Assembly (NCBI GenBank): GCA_041082215.1
Contig: JBDOIF010000066.1
Location: 1 to 35,309 of the forward strand
Source of the DNA: Anaerolineae bacterium
GTDB taxonomy: Bacteria; Chloroflexota; Anaerolineae; B4-G1; DUEL01
Direction: 5' to 3'
Length of the DNA stretch: 35,309 nucleotides
The notes under the pieces are model-generated. The model saw nothing but the letters and a program-made list of their open reading frames with translations. It did no database searches and had not been told where the DNA came from. A program made the position numbers and the translations under genes. Positions 1-9,424 of the stretch are shown piece by piece; within the stretch, counting starts at the first letter, position 1, and each line of letters begins with the position of its first letter.

Positions 1-3000
1 GAGGATGTGGAAGCCTGCCAGGGTCACGGTGGCGGGGCCGGTGATGAGGACCGGGCGGGCGGTGCCCTCTCCGTCCAGGTGGGTGGGGTAGGCTTCCGGG
101 TTGCAGGTCCAGGTGGTGGAGGTGTAGCCGCCGATGAGGGAGATGGAAGTGGAGAGGCTGACCACCTGTCCGGCGCCGAGGGTGTCGGTGTAGGTTCCTG
201 TTGCCACGCGGACCTCATCTCCGGCCAGTGCCTGGTCTGCGCCCCACTGCACCGTCCGGCAGGGCCGCCACGCCATCAGGCAGTTGTTATCGGTGTCCTC
301 GCCCGTCACCGCCACATACCGAACACCGGGGAGCGCGTTGACGCTCGTCGTCACCGCGTCGGTCGCGCCGTGATCCACCCAGGCCTGGTTGGCGATAGCC
401 GTTCCGGCGGCCACCCAGTCGGTGATGCGGGCGGTGAAGGTGATGTAGGCCGTGCTGTTGCCCGCCACCGGGCCGGTCCAGGAGACGGTGTGAGCGGCGG
501 TCACGTACTCCCCGGATCCCACCGTCGAGGTGAGGGAGACGAAGTCCAGATAGGGGTGAAGCGGATCGGTCACCGGGATGGTCCACTGGAAGGGGCCGAC
601 GTTGGTCACGGCCACCGTGCAGGTGATCAGCCCGCCGGGGTCGGCAGCGGCTGGCGCGTGGACGGTCCCTATCAGTCCGTACTCGTAAGCGCCGATGTCG
701 TAGCCCCCAAGCTGCGGGCGGGGCGCTCCGTCCCGGTCCTGGCTCAGCGGGGTGGCGGGGTCGCCGGCGTTAATGCAGGGGGAGGCGCGGGTGAGGTGGA
801 GGTCGGGGGCCGTCGGGTCGGTGAAGCGGGGATCGGCGGAGATGCTGCCGGGGCCGGCGGAGGCTCCGAAGTAGTTGTTGGGGACGTTGCCCCAGACGTC
901 GTTGTAGGCAAGCGCCGGCGAGCCGCCGTCCTGATAGAGGCCGCCGCCGGTCGCCGTGGCATAGTTGTTGGCGACGATGGTATTGCTTACCACCGGCGCG
1001 CCGCCGAGGAGGTAGAGGCCACCGCCGTCCTCCGCCGTGTTGGAATACAAGGTGGAGTTCCACACCTGGGGGCTGCCGCCCGCGTAGAGGCCGCCGCCCT
1101 GTTTGGTGGCTGTGTTCCCGTAGAGGACGTTGTTCCACACCTGGGGGCTGCCGCCCGCCAGGTAGAGGCCGCCGCCGTCCTCCGCTGTGTTGGAGTAGAT
1201 GGTATTCCCTTCTATCAGGGGGCTGCCCGTTCCGCCATAATATACCCCACCGCCTTTGCTCTCGTTGCCTGCGGCGGTGTTACTGTAAATCCAGTTCCAG
1301 CGGATCGTCGGCGCCACGCCGGCGGCCACGTACAGGCCAGCTCCAGCGTTGTCCATCCCCCCTGCATACCCGTGCCGCAGGTGGAAGCCTTCGAGCGTGA
1401 CGGTGATCTCTGTCCCGATCAGATAGACCACCCGGCCCTGTCCGCCCGCGTCCAGCACCGTCGGATGGGCGACCGGATCGGGAGCGTTCCAGTCTTCGGG
1501 CGTGTATCCCCCCCGCAGGGTGAGGCTCTTATCCACCCGGACCACCTGGGTGATGCCGTTGAGGGCGTGGACATCGGTGTAGACCCCCTGGGCGACCCGG
1601 ACCTCATCGCCGCTGCTTGCCTGGTCCACGGCGTGCTGGAGCGTGGCGCAGGGGCCGTAGTCAATGGGGATGGTGCAGTTGTTGTTCTCATTTGTCCCGC
1701 CGGGTGCGACGTACCGGGTGCCGGTGATCGGGTTGACCTGGGTGAAATCCAGCGCCACCGCCTGCTGGCCAGCGAAGGAGACGATCGCTTCCGTCTTTTC
1801 GATCTCCCCGGCTGCCGCGTGATGGGGGAGGAGGACCGTGACGACGACAGGACTGTACGCCTCCCCTGGCCCCAGCTCTACCATAGCTGGCTCTACCAGG
1901 GCGTTGCCGAATTCGCTCCAGGTGCTCAGGTAGAAGGTGTCGGTATAGTTGCCGGTGTTCGTGAGGGTATGGGTGTAGGAGGTGAAGCCGCCCGCATCCG
2001 CCTGGCCGCTCCGGTCCGGCGCCAGCACCGCGCCGGGGAGGTAGGCGGCGGTTGTCCGGTCGCGGGCGGTGTCGAAGATGGTGTCGGTGTACTGGGAGGT
2101 GGCGGTGATGACCAGGAGGTCAGAGGTGTTGCTCATCACCATCGGCACGGTGACCCTCGCGGTGACCAGCGTGGCCGACCCCGGTGGGAGGCTGTAGACG
2201 GTGGTCGGCGTGACCGAGGCGGACCACCCCAGGCTGGAGCTGTAGGTAAGGGTGTAGGTGTCGGTCACTGCGCCGCTGTTGCTGAGCACGTGGGTGTAGG
2301 TGACGACCGTGCCCGGCATCCCGCTCAGGTTGTAGTCGGGGAAGAGCGTCACGGCCGGGCGAGTGACCCGGGTGGTGTCCACTGCAAAGTCGAGCGCACG
2401 GCAATAGAACACCGTGGTGGCGGTGATGACGGTCTGGTTCGTCGCGTCGGTGATGCCGGACGGGACGGTGACCTCCACCTCGACCGTCGCCGTGTCCCCC
2501 GGCCCGAGGTTGGAGATCGAGGATGGATTCACCTTGACCTTCCACCCATCCAGGTTCGACCAGTCCAGGTCAATCGTGTTGGTCTCCTCACCCGTGTTGG
2601 TGACCGTGTGGGTGTAGCGGATGGTGTTGCCCACGATGAGGTTGCCGGTCCGGTCCGGCTCCAGCGCCACGCTGACGTTCCAGTTGACGCGGGTGGTATA
2701 GGAGGCATCGTCCCGGACGGAGTTATCAGCCCGCGAGGTGGCGGTGACGACGGTGACATCCGTCAACCTTTCGGTCGTGCTGGGCACATCCAGCCAGGCG
2801 ATGATTCCTGTCCCCTGCGCGGGGGCCAGCGTCGTCTCCGGGGGGGTGAGCATCAGGCCCCACCCCTGGCTGCTGGCCCCGGTCAGGTCGAAGGTGTCGG
2901 TGTAGTTGCCGGTGTTGGTCAGGACGAATAGGTAGCCAAGCGTGGTGGAGGGAGGGGAGGTCACACAAAGCCCCAGGCAATCGGTCGCCCGTCTGAACAG

Positions 3001-6000
3001 CAGGCCGGGGGCCTGCCGGACAGTGGTGGTGTCCACTACGCGGGCGGCGATGGCGGGGCTGATGGCGGAGGTGGCGGTGACGACGGTGGTGTCCACTGTG
3101 TTGCTGAGCGTGCCGGCAGGGACCGGGATGGTCACCCACACGGTGGTAGAGAGGCCGGGGCCCAGCGTCTGCGGAGTCGGGACCTGCACGTTCCAGCGCT
3201 GGCTGCTGGAGAAGGTGAAGGTGAAGGTATCGGTGGTGTTGCCGGTGTTGGTGAGGGTATGGCTGTAAGTAACGGCCTGGCCCGGTGGGACAGTGGCTGT
3301 CCGGTCGGGCGTCAGCGCCACCCCTGGACGCCGGTTGATGCAGGTGGTATCGGTCACCGTGTCGGAGAGGGTGATGACCGTCCGGGAGGTGGCGGTGACC
3401 AGGGTGGTGTCTATCAGCACGGTGTCGGTGGGGATAGCCGGGACAGTGACGGTGACATGGACGGTGGTGGATACCCCGCTGCCGAGGGTGGCGACCGTCG
3501 GGGCGACCGAGACCTCCAGGCCCTGGCTGCTGGTCCCGGTCAGGTCGAAGGTGTCGGTATAGTTGGCTGTGTTGGTCAGGAAGTGGGTGTAGACCACGGC
3601 GACGGTCTCCGGTGGGGCCGAGGCCACCTCGCGGGCGCGGTCCGGCTCCAGCAGTAGGCCGCCGAGCAGGCCGACGGTGGTGCTGTCCACAACGGTATCG
3701 AAGACGGCGGGATGGATGGTGGAGGTGGCGGTGAGCACGGTGGTGCCCACCGTGCCGCTGAGGGCCCCGGTGGGGATGCTGACCCGCACCTGGACCGTCC
3801 GGGTGAAGCCTGCACCGAGGGCGAACTGGGAGGGGCCGACGATGGAGCCCCAGCCGGAGAGGGAGAGGTGGAAGGTGTCGGTGTAGGTGCCGGTGTTGGT
3901 CACGGTGTGGGTGTAAAAGAGGACCTCACCCGGCAGGCCGGTTCCGGCGCGGTCCGGCTCCAGGGCCACACCGGGCCGGACGAACTCGTCCAGCCCCATA
4001 TCGGGGGCGTCCCCCATCGTGCGCGGCTGTCCGTCCACATCCTGCGCCACTGCTGTCCTGTCCCCCCTGTCAATGCAGGGGGAGCCTTCCTGGAGGTGGA
4101 AGTTGGCCGCCAGCGCGTTCACGAAGAGGGGATCGGCCGAGATGGAATGGGGACCGCCGTCGAGGCCGGCGTAGTCGCCGCCTGCATTGCTCCAGACATC
4201 GTTGTAATCCACCCGTGCGCTGGCTGTCTGGCTGTAGATGCCGCCGCCGGTGATGAGGGCGGTGTTGGAGACGACGACGGAGTTGCTTACCACGGCACTT
4301 CCGCCTGCCAGGAAGACCCCTCCGCCCCGGCCAGCGGAGTTGTCATAGACCGTGTCGTGCCAGATGCGAGGGCTGCCGCCCGCAGCGTAGACGCCCCCAC
4401 CGTCCGACCCGGCCATATTCCCGTACACCGCGTTGTTCCAGAAACCCGGCTGACCGGACGCGCTGGCGAACCCGCCGCCCCGGTCGGCGACGTTGAAGGC
4501 CAGCACGTTTCGATCTATGATGGCGTTCCCCTGTTCGTTATAGATGCCGCCGCCGTAGATGCTGGCGGAGTTGCCGGTAATGATGTTGGATCGGATGATA
4601 GGGGAGCCGAGGCTGAAGATGTAGATTCCGCCGCCGGAGCCGGCCGTCGAGCCTCCCCGGAGCGTAAATCCCTCCACCGTCGGCTGGCCGAAGATGTAGA
4701 GCACGCGCCCCAACCCCTGTGCGTCAATGATGGTGGGGTTTGCCTGAGGGTCGGAACGCTCCCAGTTGGTGGTCAAATACCCGCCCCGCAGCACCACGTT
4801 CTTGTTGAGTGTCAGGTCGTGTTCATAATAAACGCCTGCCGCCACTTTGACCACGTCGCCGCTGGCCGCCTGTTCCACCGCGTGGGCGATGGTGCGGCAC
4901 GGCGTGGTGTAGACCCGGCAGTTGTTGAGCGTATCGTTGCCGAGCGTGGAGACGTACCGATCGCCCACCGTGTGGTTCGACTCGAACGTGTCGGTGATCA
5001 CCGTGCGGACGCCGCTGGTGGGGCTGGAGAGGGTGATGACCGTCGTCTCGGTCAGGCCGCCAGGGGCAGTGGCCGGGATCACCACGCGGACCCACAGGGA
5101 AGCGGTCCCCTGCGGCCCGAGGTTCGCAAACAGGGTGGGGGTCACCGCCTCCGTCCATCCCCGGCTGCTGGTCCAGGCCACGTTGAAGGTGTCGGTGGCG
5201 TTGCCGGTGTTACGGACCGTGTGCCCGTAGGTGACGACGGAACCGGGGTTGAGATGTTCGGCGTAGGTCGGCGTCACCCCTACTCCCGGGTTCCAGTTGA
5301 CGACGGTGGTATTGGTCACCACGTCGTAGATGGTCGGGTTGATGCCGGAGGTGGCGGTGAGGACGACGAGGGCATAGGTGCCGCTGATCGCCCCGGCGGG
5401 CACGCTGACGGTGACCGGCACAGGGGTGCCTGCGCCGGGGGCGAGGGTGAGGACGGGGGGATATGCCACGCTCCATTCCCCTGTCCCGCTCACCGTAAGG
5501 GAGTGGGTGAGGTCGAAGGAGCTGGTGACGCTGCCGGTGTTGGTCAGGAAGTGGATATGGACGACGGCAAGGCCAGGGGTGCCGCTGGCCTGCCGGTCGG
5601 GTGTAAAGAGCACGTCGGGGTAGCTGGCGCTCTCATCGGCGCCGACATCGTACCCCCGTCCCAGCGGACGTGGATCCCCTTCGACATCCTGCGTTACCCC
5701 CGTGTTCGGGTCGCCGGTGTGGATGCAGGGGGAGTCGGCCCGGAGGTGGAAATCCTCCCCGGCGGGGTCCTGAAACAGCGGGTCGGTGGAAAAGTCAGTC
5801 GCGCCGGGGGATGTGCCCACATACCCCCCGCCCTGGTTCTGCCAGACGTCGTTGTAGGCCAGGGAAGGGGTGGCGCCGCTGGCCCAGATGCCGCCCGTGC
5901 TGTTGCCGACGAAGATGGAGTTGCTGATGATGGGGCTGCCGCCGGAAAGGTAAACGCCACCTCCGGCCACCGTCCCGGTGTTGGAGACGAAGGTGGCGTT

Positions 6001-9000
6001 GAAAATGCGCGGGTTGCCCCCCACAGTGGCCAGCCCGCCGCCGTAGGAGGCGGTGTTACTGTAGAAGATGAGGTTCTGGACCGTGGGGCTGAGGGGGGCA
6101 GCGATGTAGAGGCCGCCGCCTGAGATGCCACTACCGCCACGGATCAGGAACCCCTCGACAGTGATGGCGTCGGTGCCGGTGATATAGACGCCCCGTCCCG
6201 CTCCCTGGGGATCGAGGGTGGTGAGGGCGGTGGGGCTGATCCAGTTGGTAAGGGTGTAGCCGCCCCGGAGTGTGAGAGCACCGCTGAGGTAGACGGTCTG
6301 GCTCATGCCTTCCCGTTCCTCCACCCCGGCGCAGTAGCCCGCCACCATGACCAGCCCCGCCGTACCCGCTTCGTCCACTGCCTCCTGGACCGAGGTATAG
6401 ACCCGGCTGGCGCCGGCGATCTGGGCAAAACAGGCGCCGGTGTAGAACTCATAGGCCCCCATGTCGGCGCGGGTGCCGAAGGGACGGGCGTAGCCGTCGT
6501 GGTCCAGCAAGGAGTAGTTATCTGGATCGGCCGTGTCCCGGCAGGGGGAACCGGCCTGGAGGTGGAAGTCCACGCCGGGACTCATAAAGAGGGGATTGGC
6601 GGAGAAAGAGCCTGTTCCGGCAGATGCCCCTCCTCCGTAGTTGCCGCTCCCGTTCCCCCACACATCGCAGTAGGTGCAGGAGACGGAGCCATACAGGCCA
6701 TAGCCGGTGTTGCTGACGACGATGTTGTTGCGTACGGTTGGGGAGCCCAATACACGGCGGATGCCGTTTCCCGTGTTCCCATAGACGGTGTTGTTCTGTA
6801 CCAGCGCGGTGTAGCCGAGATAAATCCCGCCGTTGGCGGTGTTTCCGTAGATCAGGTTGTTCTGAATCGTCGCCTGATCGTTGCTCCCGGTCCAGATACC
6901 CCCTCCGGCCGTACCAGCGGAGTTTCCATAGACCCGGTTTCGCTCGATGGCAGGCCCCGGATTGCCGTCAACGGCTGTAGTGACAGCGATCCCGCCGCCG
7001 TTGGTGGCCGAGTTGTTGAAGAGGACGTTGCCCTGGATCAGCGAGTACTCTCGCGCATAGATGCCGCCCCCGTCCAGACTGGCCGTGTTGCTGCTGATAG
7101 TGTTGTATCGGATCGCCGGTCCGTGGGAGGTATTCCCTTCGGAGTAGATGCCTCCTCCGCCTCTCGTGCCTCCCTGGGATGTATTGCTGTAGATCGTGTT
7201 ATACTCGACCACCGCCCCTGTTGAGAGGAGCCGTACATAAAGGCCACCCCCCTCTCCGTTTGCCACGTTCCTGTAGACGGCGTTCCACCGCACCGTGGCG
7301 GCTGCATCGTAGACGAAGATGCCGCCTCCATAAGTGGACTGATTGCTGTAGACGGTGTTATTCCATACTGTGGCATCAGCTCTTATGCAGATCCCACCGC
7401 CGCCGTCATCCCCCCCGGTGGACCCGTTGGCGTAGATGTCGTTATCGTGCACCAGCGCGCTGGCGTTCCCGATGTACAGGCCGCCGCCGCCGCCGCTGGC
7501 GAAATCGTTGCCCCTGGCGGTGTTGCTGTAAACCCGGTTCCCGTACACCTCGGCAGCGCTGGCGATGTAGACGCCCCCGCCATTGCCGCTGGCCACGTTG
7601 CTATAGATGTCGTTATATCGGATCGTGTGGCGGCCTCCAGCAACGTACAGGCCGCCGCCGTTGTCGGCTATGCCGAAGGAGTCGCCGGTATCGCCGTTAG
7701 AGAGGCGAAACCCCTCCACGGTCACCGGGTTCGGGCTGTTCACGTAGATCACCCGTCCCAGCCCCTGGGCGTCCAGGGTGGTGGGATTCTGGCCTGGGTC
7801 GGGGTCCGACCAGTTGGTGAGGGTATAGCCGCCCTGAAGGGTGAGCCCCTTGCTGATGTAGACGGTCTGGCTGATCCCGGCCCGCACCTCCACCCCCGCG
7901 CAATAGCCGGCCACACGGACGATCCCGCCGTTGCCGGCCGCGTCCACCGCCGCCTGGACAGCGGTGTAGACCCGCCCGGCGTTCACCCGGGCAAAGCAGG
8001 TGCCGGTGTAAAACTCGTGGGCGCCGATGTCGGACCGCTCTCCGAAGGGGCGGGCCCGGCCCTCGTAGTCCAGGCTCACCGTCTGGGTGATCGGCACCTG
8101 GTCTATGCAGGGCGAACCGGCCTGGAGGTGGAAGTCCGCCCCCGGCGGGTCCACCAGGAGCGGGTCGTCGGAGATGCTGTGGCTTCCCGGGGAGACCCCC
8201 ACGTAGTCCTGGTTGAGGTTGCCCCAGACATCGTTGTAATCCAGGAGCGGCGTGCCGCCATAGACGTAGAGGCCACCGCCGGCCGCAGCGGAGTTGCTGA
8301 CCACGATAGTGGCGCTGATCACCGGTGCACCGCTGGCGATGTAGATGCCGCCCCCCTCGCTGCTGGCCTGGTTGCCATAAAGGAGGCTGTGCTGGAGCAG
8401 CGGCGTCCCTCCGGCGATGTAAAGGCCGCCACCCCGTTTGCGGTCTGCCACATTGTTGTAGATGAGGTTGTTCTCCAGCGTCGGCCCGCCCCCCGCGATG
8501 TAGACACCACCGCCGCTGTTACGCGCCGTGTTGCTGTAGACCTGATTGCGGCGCAGGATGGACGTGCCTCCTGCGATGTAGACCCCCGCGCCGTCGGTGA
8601 TGACGTACCCGTTGCGGATGTGGAATCCCTCAACAACGGCAGTGGCCCCCTCTTCGATGTAGACTACCTGGGCACTGCCTTCCCCATCCAGCAGCGTGGG
8701 GTAGCGGGCCGGGTCCGGATAGGACCAGTTGGTGAGGGTGTAGCCTCCCTGGAGGGTGAGGTTCCCGGTGATATGGACGACATGCCCGCTGCTATCGGTA
8801 TCTGTATAGACCCCCTGGGCGACCTTAACGATGCCCCCGGGGGCGACAGCACTCACGGCTGCCTGAACGGAGGTGTAGGGGCAGCCGCTATTGCAGACGG
8901 TGATGACTGCGCTGGCCTGAAATAAAGGAGCGGCAGGGGGAAACCCCTGCCTCTCCTGATCCAGGCCGTAGAGGGCAGCAGGAGGGGGTGCAGCAGGCCC

Positions 9001-9129
9001 CCCGGAGGGAGAGGTCCAGGCTGCATGGACTTCTCCCTGGGGGCCGGCCAGCAGTCCCGAAAGCGTCAATACGCCAACGAGCGCCAATCCCAATGCGAGA
9101 ACAAACCTCCAGACCCCACGCTCAACCAT
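1..9129 (-). CDS. Giant secreted/surface protein, partial (>3043 aa, no stop in window): right-handed parallel beta-helix modules alternating with Ig-like repeats
   Basis: ATG at 9129 after GGAGGGCGGAG; N-terminus MVERGVWRFVLALGLALVGVLTLSGLLAG is signal-like. The same frame reads ...RPVLITGPATVTLAGFHIL at position 1. Repeated GGG(I/L/V)Y and N-x-(I/V)YxN beta-helix motifs; modules end in xFHLxxxSPCI...D(I/M/V)GxxE; nine HxxTNTGxxTDTF-type repeats. Absent from the ORF track because it lacks a stop; the long plus-strand ORFs here are all its antisense frame. Confidence 0.9.
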   Translation of the reverse strand, partial: MVERGVWRFVLALGLALVGVLTLSGLLAGPQGEVHAAWTSPSGGPAAPPPAALYGLDQERQGFPPAAPLFQASAVITVCNSGCPYTSVQAAVSAVAPGGIVKVAQGVYTDTDSSGHVVHITGNLTLQGGYTLTNWSYPDPARYPTLLDGEGSAQVVYIEEGATAVVEGFHIRNGYVITDGAGVYIAGGTSILRRNQVYSNTARNSGGGVYIAGGGPTLENNLIYNNVADRKRGGGLYIAGGTPLLQHSLLYGNQASSEGGGIYIASGAPVISATIVVSNSAAAGGGLYVYGGTPLLDYNDVWGNLNQDYVGVSPGSHSISDDPLLVDPPGADFHLQAGSPCIDQVPITQTVSLDYEGRARPFGERSDIGAHEFYTGTCFARVNAGRVYTAVQAAVDAAGNGGIVRVAGYCAGVEVRAGISQTVYISKGLTLQGGYTLTNWSDPDPGQNPTTLDAQGLGRVIYVNSPNPVTVEGFRLSNGDTGDSFGIADNGGGLYVAGGRHTIRYNDIYSNVASGNGGGVYIASAAEVYGNRVYSNTARGNDFASGGGGGLYIGNASALVHDNDIYANGSTGGDDGGGGICIRADATVWNNTVYSNQSTYGGGIFVYDAAATVRWNAVYRNVANGEGGGLYVRLLSTGAVVEYNTIYSNTSQGGTRGGGGIYSEGNTSHGPAIRYNTISSNTASLDGGGIYAREYSLIQGNVLFNNSATNGGGIAVTTAVDGNPGPAIERNRVYGNSAGTAGGGIWTGSNDQATIQNNLIYGNTANGGIYLGYTALVQNNTVYGNTGNGIRRVLGSPTVRNNIVVSNTGYGLYGSVSCTYCDVWGNGSGNYGGGASAGTGSFSANPLFMSPGVDFHLQAGSPCRDTADPDNYSLLDHDGYARPFGTRADMGAYEFYTGACFAQIAGASRVYTSVQEAVDEAGTAGLVMVAGYCAGVEEREGMSQTVYLSGALTLRGGYTLTNWISPTALTTLDPQGAGRGVYITGTDAITVEGFLIRGGSGISGGGLYIAAPLSPTVQNLIFYSNTASYGGGLATVGGNPRIFNATFVSNTGTVAGGGVYLSGGSPIISNSIFVGNSTGGIWASGATPSLAYNDVWQNQGGGYVGTSPGATDFSTDPLFQDPAGEDFHLRADSPCIHTGDPNTGVTQDVEGDPRPLGRGYDVGADESASYPDVLFTPDRQASGTPGLAVVHIHFLTNTGSVTSSFDLTHSLTVSGTGEWSVAYPPVLTLAPGAGTPVPVTVSVPAGAISGTYALVVLTATSGINPTIYDVVTNTTVVNWNPGVGVTPTYAEHLNPGSVVTYGHTVRNTGNATDTFNVAWTSSRGWTEAVTPTLFANLGPQGTASLWVRVVIPATAPGGLTETTVITLSSPTSGVRTVITDTFESNHTVGDRYVSTLGNDTLNNCRVYTTPCRTIAHAVEQAASGDVVKVAAGVYYEHDLTLNKNVVLRGGYLTTNWERSDPQANPTIIDAQGLGRVLYIFGQPTVEGFTLRGGSTAGSGGGIYIFSLGSPIIRSNIITGNSASIYGGGIYNEQGNAIIDRNVLAFNVADRGGGFASASGQPGFWNNAVYGNMAGSDGGGVYAAGGSPRIWHDTVYDNSAGRGGGVFLAGGSAVVSNSVVVSNTALITGGGIYSQTASARVDYNDVWSNAGGDYAGLDGGPHSISADPLFVNALAANFHLQEGSPCIDRGDRTAVAQDVDGQPRTMGDAPDMGLDEFVRPGVALEPDRAGTGLPGEVLFYTHTVTNTGTYTDTFHLSLSGWGSIVGPSQFALGAGFTRTVQVRVSIPTGALSGTVGTTVLTATSTIHPAVFDTVVDSTTVGLLGGLLLEPDRAREVASAPPETVAVVYTHFLTNTANYTDTFDLTGTSSQGLEVSVAPTVATLGSGVSTTVHVTVTVPAIPTDTVLIDTTLVTATSRTVITLSDTVTDTTCINRRPGVALTPDRTATVPPGQAVTYSHTLTNTGNTTDTFTFTFSSSQRWNVQVPTPQTLGPGLSTTVWVTIPVPAGTLSNTVDTTVVTATSAISPAIAARVVDTTTVRQAPGLLFRRATDCLGLCVTSPPSTTLGYLFVLTNTGNYTDTFDLTGASSQGWGLMLTPPETTLAPAQGTGIIAWLDVPSTTERLTDVTVVTATSRADNSVRDDASYTTRVNWNVSVALEPDRTGNLIVGNTIRYTHTVTNTGEETNTIDLDWSNLDGWKVKVNPSSISNLGPGDTATVEVEVTVPSGITDATNQTVITATTVFYCRALDFAVDTTRVTRPAVTLFPDYNLSGMPGTVVTYTHVLSNSGAVTDTYTLTYSSSLGWSASVTPTTVYSLPPGSATLVTARVTVPMVMSNTSDLLVITATSQYTDTIFDTARDRTTAAYLPGAVLAPDRSGQADAGGFTSYTHTLTNTGNYTDTFYLSTWSEFGNALVEPAMVELGPGEAYSPVVVTVLLPHHAAAGEIEKTEAIVSFAGQQAVALDFTQVNPITGTRYVAPGGTNENNNCTIPIDYGPCATLQHAVDQASSGDEVRVAQGVYTDVHALNGITQVVRVDKSLTLRGGYTPEDWNAPDPVAHPTVLDAGGQGRVVYLIGTEITVTLEGFHLRHGYAGGMDNAGAGLYVAAGVAPTIRWNWIYSNTAAGNESKGGGVYYGGTGSPLIEGNTIYSNTAEDGGGLYLAGGSPQVWNNVLYGNTATKQGGGLYAGGSPQVWNSTLYSNTAEDGGGLYLLGGAPVVSNTIVANNYATATGGGLYQDGGSPALAYNDVWGNVPNNYFGASAGPGSISADPRFTDPTAPDLHLTRASPCINAGDPATPLSQDRDGAPRPQLGGYDIGAYEYGLIGTVHAPAAADPGGLITCTVAVTNVGPFQWTIPVTDPLHPYLDFVSLTSTVGSGEYVTAAHTVSWTGPVAGNSTAYITFTARITDWVAAGTAIANQAWVDHGATDAVTTSVNALPGVRYVAVTGEDTDNNCLMAWRPCRTVQWGADQALAGDEVRVATGTYTDTLGAGQVVSLSTSISLIGGYTSTTWTCNPEAYPTHLDGEGTARPVLITGPATVTLAGFHIL

Positions 9130-9284
9130 CTCCGCCCTCCGGCATCACAGCTCCTTGTGTGTGATGATGCCTTAAAGTAAGGATTCGATCCGTATACATA
9201 AAGAATGCCCGTAGCAGGCAGGCGATGAATGCAACCGGAGTACGGGCGACTGACCGGAAATACGGTGAAGGAAAGGTTACATTC

Positions 9285-9313
9285 AGTATAACATGGCCGC
9301 AGGAGCCTATCAA
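9285..9313 (-). promoter_or_regulatory. Sigma70-type promoter of the giant surface protein gene
   Basis: Minus strand TTGATA-17 bp-TATACT with an extended -10 TG, about 155 bp upstream of the ATG. Confidence 0.65.
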
Positions 9314-9424
9314 GGGGTACTAAGGTACTAGTGAGAGGGGGCGCCCGCCGCAGGCGGGCGGGGGTGGGTGAGTGTCACTCCCGCCGCGCGGGGGAGGGGA
9401 GGGGTGAGGGTTGCTCCCCACAGG

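Noticed and set aside
7..8925. Long plus-strand ORFs (7-2931, 3259-3657, 3712-6123, 6499-7224, 7447-8925)
   Set aside because: All are in the antisense frame of the giant minus-strand gene, with no recognisable motifs; high-GC shadow ORFs.
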